From the NCBI RefSeq assembly GCF_009834535.1, contig NC_045697.1:44022001-44086000 (forward strand): 64,000 nucleotides of DNA, written 5' to 3'. The position numbers and the translations under genes are program-made. The DNA comes from Camelus ferus. Lineage: Eukaryota. This document shows, in pieces, positions 53,404 through 64,000 of this stretch (position 1 is its first letter; each line of letters begins with the position of its first letter). The notes beneath the pieces were generated by a model. It was not told the origin of the DNA, did no database searches, and worked only from the letters and a program-made list of their open reading frames with translations.

Positions 53404-56333
53404 TCTAGGATAATGTGAAATTTGCATTTTTAAAAAGATGACTCTGTGGCATAATGAAAGATAGTTTTCAGGAAGGTAATCCTGGATTCTAGGAGAGACC
53501 AGTTAGGTTAGTCACACTTTTGAAGCACCTGGGGACTTCTGGGAAAAAGCTAATGGCTGGCCCCTACCTGATCCCGTTTAAATCAGTCTCTAGGCTGGGG
53601 CCTAGGTATTAGATTTAATGTTTTAAAATTCTAAGGTGGAGGTCAGGGTAGAGAATCGCTAAATTAGATTATTACAGTGCTTCAAATTTGAGCTAGACTA
53701 GTAGCTAAGGGACTAGGGAAAGAGATGAAAGAAGTTAAAAGAGGTTTAAGACATAATGACTGGACGTCAGAGTGTCAGGGATGGGGACAATCTAGGATGA
53801 ATCCTCGATTCCTTACTTGAATAACAGAATAGATGGGAGCACTGTGGACTGGTATGTGGGCTATATCTGATGGCATACACATGAGAACTGGCTTAATTTT
53901 TCTCTTATCCTTGACTTTAGCCATGCCATGTTGAATCTTTCCCTGCCTCTTCACAAGAAGTCTTTTTAAGCTATAAGAACACCTTTCTCTGATGATTAAA
54001 TTCACAGGTATGAAAAGTCTACTCAAAAGCTTACATCCAGTTGAAAGCTCCTCCCCTCAATTCAGACCCAGTCTTGTCTCAGGGACCTTGCGGTGGAGAA
54101 GAAGAGTATGATCTGTTTCTTCACTCTTTTACTTTCTCCTCTTTCTGCTTTTGGCTGCTGATTGGAAGGAAGATTTGAAAAGAAAGGGCAACATTTTATG
54201 TGAATGAGACTGTTGTAATCCAGCTGCCAGCACCCTTTGTGTGGCAGGTGTTCAAGTGTGGCCTTTTAGAGTTAATATGTTTAGATGGTTTTTGGAGGCC
54301 CCCATTGGTATATCCATGTAGCCCAGGTCCCTGTCGTAGGTGTGGTGCACACTCCAGCTTACCTTTGGCAATCTTCTCCTGTCTCTCCTCTTGTAGTTCA
54401 CCTATAGCCTGTTGCTTCTGAGTATCCTTACTCTAGAAGGCACATGTCTTTGGCCAACAAGATGCGTTAGCCCTTCTTCAGCATCTGTTTGGCTAATGGG
54501 AAACCTGTAGCAGCCAGTGGTAGAAGTGTAGCCCACCTAACTGCTGTCCTGTGTGTCCTTGCTCTGCCATTTTGAATGTCCATCCAACCTCATGCTTTCA
54601 GAATTCTCCAGGCTGGGACCAATTTCTGTGTTCATATATACCCTAAACTCTTGGGGATATATGGCAGGTTCTTCTGGCAGCTAGACCGAAGTGGGCTAAG
54701 GGTTCCTTTAACTCAGTACATTGCCAGCCAAAGATTCAGCTGTCACTTTCCCTTTTTATAGTTATCACCCAGTCTGTCCCAGAGGTTTTCTTAGAGAACC
54801 CATGCCTTTGTTCTCACAGAGCTACAAAGCGCTAGCATTCTCTGTGTTTATGAATTCATTTCTATTTCTAATCTGTTTTGTTTTGTTTTGTTTTCAATAG
54901 GCAGGAGGTGGATGATAGGGATGCTGTCTTTTAGTAACTCTGGCATGGATGGAGTTTTATCATTTGTAGTTCTCAGTTTTGGGGGTTTCACTTCAGCCAA
55001 ATTTTGAGATAGGAGAAAACAGCCCATTATCCTCTTATACTAGAGAGGAAATATAGAAGAAATAGCTTTTTTGAGCAGAGAGATATTGTTTAGTTCTTGG
55101 AGATGTTTGACACTGAAGTACCCACTGATTGTCTGGAGGAGGATGTCCATTAGGAAGCTAAATATGGGCAGTGGCTAAAACTATGCATCAGGATGAAATC
55201 AATCAGGGAGCATGAGGTTGTGTATACAGTGAAAAGAAAAGCAGGACTGAACCACCAATGTTAAGAGTTAGTAGAATAAAAGGAGCTAGTGGAAGAGAAG
55301 GAATGATAAGAGAGATAGTATGAGAGACTAAAAAAAGTGAGTGGGGAAGATGGTTTCAAGAGTGATGGTGAGCTACAATTTCAGATGTCATAGAAAAGTC
55401 ACTTAAGAAAAAGACTGGAAAGTAATGATTTGCTGGGGATGTCCTTGCTCCCATCAGTCAGAACTGATCAGATGGAATCCTCAAGCACCCACCCTCCCTA
55501 CCCGTCAGCGCTCACAATCTGATCACCATCTGCCTTGAATCTGCCAGGACTTCTCTCATTACTTATTCCTATTTATATTGGGTACCACCAAAAGGCCCAG
55601 ACCCCTAGATTACCTATTTTTTCCCACATCTAATCTCTTTAAGGTTGTCAGTATCTTCTGTCCCCTTTCCCACCCAACCTCAACTCTTGATTACTTCCTC
55701 TGCAGACCTCTTTAAGTGATGACTGTCCCCAGCCCTTATGCCATCGAGCCTGGAAGTGGGGACTAGGGTGTAAGTGTCTTCCTTGCTTTTTCTCTTTACA
55801 GTTTGCAGGCCATTCTCACTCTCTCCTCCATCTTTGAAACTGATGTTACCAGGTTCTTTATGGGAAGTTGGGCATGGCTAATGTTTTCTCAATTTACTTG
55901 ATATTATAGTTGTCTTTTATTGTAGGGCAGATTTCTTCCATTATATTTATTTTCTAAAGTAATCTTGTTTTCTTAAGTATTTATAAGACATGCAAATAAG
56001 TATTAAACTAATGAAAACATGTTTTTGCATAGTTTACTTTCTTCTTTATATTTTAGCAATGCTGTTATCCTCCACTTTCTGACGTTTAATGTGTCCTTTG
56101 TCCTGTAATCTTATTCTTGCCTTTTAGTATTGTTTTTTTCATGGCATATTTGGTTTCATTTCAGAAATACAGTGCGGTTTGACAGTTTAAAAAATATCTA
56201 TTGAATTCACAGCATTAGTAGGAAAAAGGAGAATAATTATAATGACAGTCTCAATACATGAAGAAAAATTCTAATAATATCTAGCCTCCATTTTGGTTAA
56301 AAATACTTGAAACAGTAAAAATAGAAAGATATT

Positions 56334-56417
56334 GGGAGGGTGGGTATAGCTCAGTGGTAGAGTGCATGAGGTCCCTGGGTTCAATCCCTACTACTTCCAT
56401 TAAAAAAAAAGAAAAAA
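56334..56417 (+). mobile_element. tRNA-Ala-derived SINE (Vic-1-type) with internal deletion
   Basis: A and B boxes present, anticodon-arm segment missing; A tail; agatatt on both flanks. Confidence 0.85.
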
Positions 56418-57242
56418 TAGATATTTTTGTAATTTGAAAATGAAGATAAATACATTGAACTTCATGTAATGGTGAATGTTCAACAAAGATACCCACTTTC
56501 AACACCTGTTGAATTCTGCTGCAGGTCTGAGTTCATGCAGTAAGGCAAGAAAAAGAAATAAATGTTATAGAGCTTCCAAAGAAAGTAAAAATGTGTTACA
56601 GTTTACACATTACATTATAATATACATGTAAAATTTAAGAATCTGCCATTGAACTATTAGAATTAATATATAAATTTAGCAAGATGACTAGATATGTGGT
56701 CAGTATAAAAAGTCAGTATGTGTAGACTTTTACGTTTAAAGTAAGTTTGATATGATTGGTTGTTAAATCTTCTATCTTACTAGTTATTTTCTCTTTTTCC
56801 CACCTGTTGTTTTTCTTTCTTTAACTCTTTTTCTGCTTCTTTTAGGTGATTTGAATATTATTTATGGTTCTGTTTTTAATCTCCACTATTGGCATATTAT
56901 GGTTTAATTTTTTTCTTAATTTTGATTGCACTGGAGTCAAATGTACAGCTTTGACTTATCACAGTCTACATGCAAATTTGTATCACTTCATGTAGGGTAA
57001 GAAGCTTACATAGAGTGCTCCAGTTCCTCCCTCCCACCCTTTGTGCTATCATTGTTAAGTAAAGTAAAATTACTTTTACATGTTATAAACTCTATAGTAC
57101 ATTTTACTGGTTTTGCTTTACACAAAGTTGCAATTAAAAAATAAGAAAAATAAATCCTGTAACTAATTTCATTTTAGTCATACCCTATACACTCTCTTTG
57201 TGTAGGCCTCAAACTCTGGTATTAAACTCCTCACTAAAGAAC

Positions 57243-57753
<511 letters not shown>

Positions 57754-58560
57754 TAAAGAACTTTAATATTTCTTTTAATGAAAATCTGCTGACAAGAGAT
57801 TCAGCTTTTGTTTGCCTGAAGAAGTCTTATTTTGCCATTATTTTTGAAAGATACATTCGTTGGGTAAAAGATTCTGGGTTGACAGATTTCCTTAGTACTT
57901 TAAAAATATCACTTCATTGACTTCTAGGTTACATAGTTTCTGCTGAGAAGTAATGCTGTAATTTTTGTCTTTTCCCTCCTCTGTATGTAACATCTTTTTT
58001 CCTAGCTGCTGTGAAGATTTTCTCTTTATATTTGGATTTCTGTGGTTTGATTATTATGGGTCCAGATGTGTGTTTTGTTGTTGTTCTTTTCTTTTTAAAA
58101 TATGTATTTATCTTGACTTTAAAGTTTCTTGGACCTGTGATTTATTGTCTTTTATTTTTGGAAAACTTTTGACCATTACCTCTTGACATCTTTCTTCTGC
58201 CTCACTCTCTGCATTCTAGAACTCCAATTTCAAAAATGTTAGACCGAGATAGTTCCACAGCTCTTGGATGCTCTGCTCTGTTGTTCTTCCCCCACTTTTT
58301 CTTCTTGGTGTTTCAGTTTGGATAATTTCTGTTGCTGTCTCTTCACATTAATTGATTATTTCCTCAATTATGTGGAGTCTACTAAAGGGCCCATTGAAGG
58401 ACTTCTCCATCTCTGATAATCATATTTATTCTATTTCTGGCCTTTCCGTTTGGCTCTATTTTACCATTTCTGTCTCTGCTGCAGTTCCCCTCTGTTCATT
58501 GCTTGTTGTCTTCCTTTCCCACTAACTAGGTCTGTTAACATATTAATCACAGTTATTTTA

Positions 58561-58772
58561 TTTTATTTTATTTTATTCTATTTTATTTTTTCTTCTCTCT
58601 TTTTTTATTGAAGTACAGTTGATTTACAGTGTTTCGTTAGTTTCTGGTGTACAGCATAGTGATTCAGTTATGTGTATATATAAATATATATATACACACA
58701 CACATACATATTCTTTTTCATTATAGGTTTACTACAAGCCACTGAATATAGTTCCCTGTGCTGTACAGTAGA
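58561..58772 (-). mobile_element. Short L1 3' end insertion
   Basis: ttttattgaagtacagttgatttaca...gttccctgtgctgtacagtag; 17-bp flanks with 2 mismatches at 58544-58560 and 58773-58789. Confidence 0.75.
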
Positions 58773-59756
58773 TAATCATAGTTATCTTAAAGTCCTTATT
58801 TGATGGTTGCCACATCTAGGTCATCTTTGAGTCTGGCTCTCATTTTATCACTAGAATGGCCATCTGGCCTTTTTATTTTGAAGCATATACATCTGGGGTG
58901 GGGAAGCTGTAGTCTATTAAAGGTAAGTGACATAGCACAAAGAGAGAAGCTGGGCTGTTGATCCGTATCAAATCTGATCAGAAAGACTTCAGGATAATTA
59001 AATTGTTGGATAGCTTAAGTTCAAAAAATGTAAAGGTTTCTAGAGCTTGGGTCCTAGAAAATTGGATCAAAGAAACAAGGGTTAGAAATTTCTTCCTCAC
59101 TAATTTGGTTTTAGAGTAAGTAAATATTCCTTAAATGTAAGGCCTGGTCATACCTTATGCAATGTTGATGGGTACTTTTTTTTTTCCTCTGTCTTATAAT
59201 AGACATGAATACATCTTCAAAGTACCCTACTCTTTAATTTTAAGAGTCTATGCAAATTATTCTGGACATCCTTGAATACACCTACACCCACTTCTTGTCA
59301 GTTTTGCTCTCCTACCCAAGGGAGTGCTCTTCCTCTTTTGCCTTTTTTTGGCAAATAGACCTTTTCCGTTTGCCCTGCCTGTGGTAAGTAATTGAACCAT
59401 CCATCACATAGTCATTTAGGACACAGAATGTACTTAATTCGCAGGGGAGGAATTCAGAGCATAAGCTTATGTACAAATGCTTTAAGAGAAGTTTTTTACT
59501 TCTCTGATTTCTATGACCAGTATAACTTCTTGAACTCTTCCTACTTCTGGGTCTTCTAGCTTGAGTAGAGTTCTATAAAGCTTCTGTAATTTAATTCTAG
59601 ATTCAACATTTTACTGTAGTTGCTTTATCATTTATGTACTCATCCCTCCATCCATTAAACATTTTATTTTTAAAATGCATTTCAAAGTAAGTTGCACATA
59701 TCTTGTATATTTCATCAAGCGTACCATTAACTAGAATTCACTATTTGTCTAGAGAG

Positions 59757-59856
59757 NNNNNNNNNNNNNNNNNNNNNNNNNNNNNNNNNNNNNNNNNNNN
59801 NNNNNNNNNNNNNNNNNNNNNNNNNNNNNNNNNNNNNNNNNNNNNNNNNNNNNNNN
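59757..59856. other. Assembly gap (100 N, probably an unknown-size placeholder)
   Basis: Run of exactly 100 N. Confidence 0.99.
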
Positions 59857-62800
59857 GGCATACAATAAAAATTGACTTGGAAATTGGGAAATTGACTTTG
59901 CTATTGCAGTTTGAAAATGTGCACAGTCAGCCCAAGAGACCTAATTTGAGGGAGGACCTACTTTCTGGCCTCCCAAGCAGGGTTTCAGAGGAGCACTACC
60001 TTGGTTTTGTTATTAGAGCTTAGGGTCTCACGAGCTGACTTACCAACTCATAACTCCTTGGTCATTATACCTGAAAGTATGAGAATCACAGCACCAGTTT
60101 ATTGATTTTCAATAAAAATAACATCAAAGTGGACCGGAAACTCTATAGTAGTGGTTCTCCACTAGGGGTATTACGACCCAGTCTCTTTCCCCCACAGCTT
60201 TTTGGAAATATATATGGATAATAAAATAGCTACACTCCAGGTTGCAGTCCTGAAAGTATAGACTTCTCTTGCCCCATATGCCAATAGTGCCCTGTTGAAG
60301 AACACTGCTCTGTGGAAAACTAAGTTATGTTGAGAAGTTTGTGTTGTGAGCATAGAAGTAGCTAAGGAGGAATATGTAATAGCTGGATGAGGTTTTGGTC
60401 ATTGTGAGGTGATTGCATCCATTTTTACTATTTCGTCACCCCACTCAATTGACTGTTTTGGTTTATTGGTCGGGCTACTTTTCTGGAAAATATGTATTGA
60501 AACTATTTTGACAGATGCCATGTAAATCATCTGCTTCTTGTTTCAGACAAAGTACTATATAGTTTATTTTTTTCATTTTCAAAGCTTAAATAAAACAATC
60601 TAGTCATGCCCAAGATTAATACTAGAAGACTATTACAGTTTTCTTGACTCACCCAAAACTCTTCACTGACAGTCTTTTGAGTTGAGTCATTACTATTTCT
60701 CATCTATTAAATTTTTATTCTTTCAACTTTCATATTCAGAGGGAAATTGTGTTTTTAGTTTTGGCAGAAGGCCTGGCCTTGCACTTGGTGAAGTGATGCC
60801 AGCGAAGACGGCGCTCTCCCCAGCCAGGTTTGCTCGGCTCCAGGAGCGAGTGCCTGCGGCTCCATGCCCGCCCTCACCCAGCGTGGCATAGTAGATTTTC
60901 TGTACTGTATTCTGTCTGTAGTGAATAATTTCAGAGGGCAAATACTCCTTTCAAGAGGTATAGTAAAGTAACATTTTGTTAGTCCTAAAGTCAACAGGAG
61001 TGAAAATTGCATATAATCAAAATTATTTTTGAAAGTCTCTTTAACAATGTCTCAGAGTCCAACAAGTCAGTTTTTCATCCAGTCTTGGGAAAGACTGACT
61101 CTTTTGTTTGAACACCTGATGAAATAGTGGCTTCAGTTCATAAACCATGTCATACAAAAATTGTCATGAATATGTAAAAATGTAAGCTGTAAAACCAGGC
61201 CCACAAAAAAAAAAGAGAAAATGGAAACTGATATGAAGCTGGGTCAGAAGGGCAAAGAAACCCTTTCTTGCATATGGCATCGAAAAGTCAATATATACTA
61301 AGCATATGAAATTCAGACAGACATAAACTAATGATTTCATTGAACCGGTTGACCACTCTGTGAATTAATAGATGTAGAAAAGGCAGCGGACTGGTTGAAA
61401 TATGTTAGAAAAGAGAAAGCTGCCCTATCTATTATAATAAAATCCTTTACAGTCAGGACATAACAGCATTTAATAAACAATGTGTTGTTCTAAAAGACCA
61501 AAATGTGGGAAAATTTGAAATACACTGAACTTTGACTAGCAGTGGCTATTTGACTCACTGTTAATTAGCTGTAACGTCTGACAGTTTGTGTTCATTGTTG
61601 GTCTTTTGAATTAAATTGTCTCTTGTGGTCCATTTGGTTTGCATCTGGATAACACATTCATGTTCCTTTCACATGCCTTTCAAGGCTTGTTGATTGAATG
61701 AGTGACTGTCCACATCATTTAAATGATCGTGATCATGCCTTCTCTTGTGACCTTTCTCCCCCCTTCTTTTTTTTTTTTTGCCACAAGGGAAGTTGAATTA
61801 GCAAAGCTAAATTGATGCCTTGTTATTTTAATTTCTTCCTCCTGAGTTCCTATTAGACATTATTAGGATATACTTTCTTATAATTCTTAAAACTTAATCC
61901 GAATTACCATTATTGGTATATCCTCCCCTTCCCCCAGGTTAGGGATTTTCCATTAGACACTTACTAAGTATTGCTTCAGTTGGGTTCCCAGACTGGCCCA
62001 TAGTAATCCAGTTAACTAAAATGTATCTCCATTTTTCCCCTTGGTAAATGGAGTTTATTAGTGTATTGTAAGAAAGGAACAAGGTAGATGTGTTCATAAT
62101 ACAATGTTTGTATTGCTAGATCCTGTAGAGAGAAAGGACAGTAGGTTTGTTAATTTGTTTAAATTGATCTGGGTTCACTGAAGAAAATGCAGCCAACAAA
62201 ATATATTAAAATTTACTAGGAGTCTGGGAAATGTAAATCAAAGAGCAATGAAATCTTACTTTAACTCTTCCCCCACGTCAGATTGGTAAATATTAAAAAG
62301 AGTTATAATATACATTGTTAGAGGGCATGTGGGAAAGGCTTCATTTTTACATTGCTGATGAGATGTGAGGTGTTATATAGCCTTTTGACAAAACAATCTG
62401 GCCGCATCTATAAAACTAAAATACATGTACCCTTTGACCGGTGAGCCCAATTCTTCTAGCTCATAGAAATAAAGGCATAATATATAAAAAATCTTATGCG
62501 TTCTTTGTAGAACTCAAGATCTGGCAACAAAATAGGAGAGTGAATGCTCAAATAAAATGTGGCACAGCCATACCAGGGATTACTACCCAGCTGTTTAAAA
62601 TAGAGTGAATTCAGCCCCTGCCAGATCCCTTGGAGGGAGAGATTCCATGAAGTATAGTGTGAGAAAAGGGAGATGCAGAAAAGTGGGTATCATTTACATA
62701 AATGATTATGTAAAACAAACTAAGAAAAAGGAGACTTCTATATTTGTGTTTTTCATTAAATATACACATAGCTTAGATATTTTTACATGAAAGGACACAC

Positions 62801-63290
62801 TGGTTTAATATAAACCATTGAAGTGTTTGGGAAATCTGGAGAGGAGGTTTAGGAAGGAGGAGGTATCAGTAATAAAAAAAGTCTATGAAATCCCTTTAAT
62901 GTGATATTGTGTGTGTGTTTGCATACATAGGAGGTTATCAGCATGCTAATGGTTGCTGCTTGAGGTTGCTGGATTCTGAATGACTTATTTTTTAATATTG
63001 TAATGTATCACTCATATTTTTTAATAAATAATACATTATTTATATCAGGAGAAAAATCTATAGTAAGGGGCAAATTGATGTGGGAGGCCTCAGACAAACA
63101 TTGTATATGGCCCAGGATGCCTGACCTGTCCACATGCATAGCTGGCCCCTTTGGTGTTTGTCAGCAAGAGATGCTTCCACTTTATCTTATGTCAGTTGAC
63201 TAGCTAATTCTATTATCTACTGATTTATAGTCTACTGTACTGATGTCTTTTGGTTTTGATTCGTAAGCTTTGCTTTTGTACATCTTTCAG

Positions 63291-63493
63291 GCAAAAATAA
63301 TGTGTTCCTCAATATGCAAATGTATTGGCTGTAAGAATTTTGAAGAAAGCCCAGAAAGAAAGACATTGATGCACTTGGCAGATGCAGCCGAAGTAAGGGT
63401 ACAGCAGCAAACGGCAGCAAAGACTAAGTTATCCTCTCAAATTTCAGACTTGCTTACTAGGCCAACACCAGCTTTGAATAGTGGAGGAGGAAA
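63291..63493 (+). CDS. LIN54: LIN54 late (probably penultimate) coding exon, end of second CXC domain ([16 protein letters not shown]...NSGGG-K)
   Basis: ctttcag|GCA acceptor and AA|gtaagt donor; 203 nt; Cys-rich tesmin/TSO1-like CXC tail matching recalled LIN54. Confidence 0.97.
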
Positions 63494-64000
63494 GTAAGTC
63501 AATATTTTAATATCTTTTTATAGTAAGATATATTCATTTTTGGTAAAGTTTCCTTTCTGGGGCAAAATTGAGCTCATACTTTGGGTTGTTGCAAACCTGA
63601 CTTTTGCATTTTCTATCTTTAATTACTTGTAAAGGAATTGAAAAGTAAGAGAAAAACCACTGTCAGATGTATTGTACAGTTCTAAAATGCGCAGTGTTGC
63701 TTTGGGTCACTGTGCTTAATTTAATTGGGTGTTTCCCTGCTAAAATGAGGTAATTATGTAATTCAACAAACCCTGAAGAAAACCAAAATTTTTATACCAC
63801 CAGGTTGTGTCTTATCCGTATTTTTGCACATTCTTGCCTTCTCTTGCCTTTTCTGTGCCTTGTGGCGCTTGCTCGACCCTCTTGGAGCACCTCCTACGCG
63901 CCGCGCTGCTGTAGCTCCGTACTTCCCTGGATTGCCGAGCTCCGGAGCAGGAGGCTGGGGCTTTACGGTCAGGCCGGCCTGAGTTCAGACACGGCCTGTG

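Noticed and set aside
59703..60023. 106-aa ORF spanning the N run
   Set aside because: Open only because the Ns hide any stop codons.

Overview
Mammalian genomic DNA, most likely camelid (six tRNA-Ala-derived Vic-1-type SINEs). Two genes lie head-to-head. COPS4 (COP9 signalosome subunit 4) is on the minus strand, with coding exons 1-6 at 15357->30 and the gene continuing off the left edge. LIN54 (DNA-binding subunit of MuvB/DREAM) is on the plus strand: two CpG-island promoter/first-exon regions at about 28.1-29.0 kb and 30.1-30.8 kb, coding exons at 40717, 45223, 51757 and 63291, and the last exon beyond the right edge. The middle LIN54 exons, encoding most of the CXC DNA-binding region, are absent and most plausibly hidden in the 100-N assembly gap at 59757-59856. 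The rest is intronic/intergenic DNA rich in decayed L1, L2, MIR, MLT1, MER and ERVL fragments, often nested. I found no convincing novel biological system. The best second-look items are CDE/CHR-spaced elements in both LIN54 promoters (possible MuvB autoregulation), uORFs and an in-frame internal donor in LIN54, CTCF-consensus sites, CpG-rich intronic patches and an antisense ORF in COPS4 intron 1. Repeat family names and human comparisons are from memory, not from searches.
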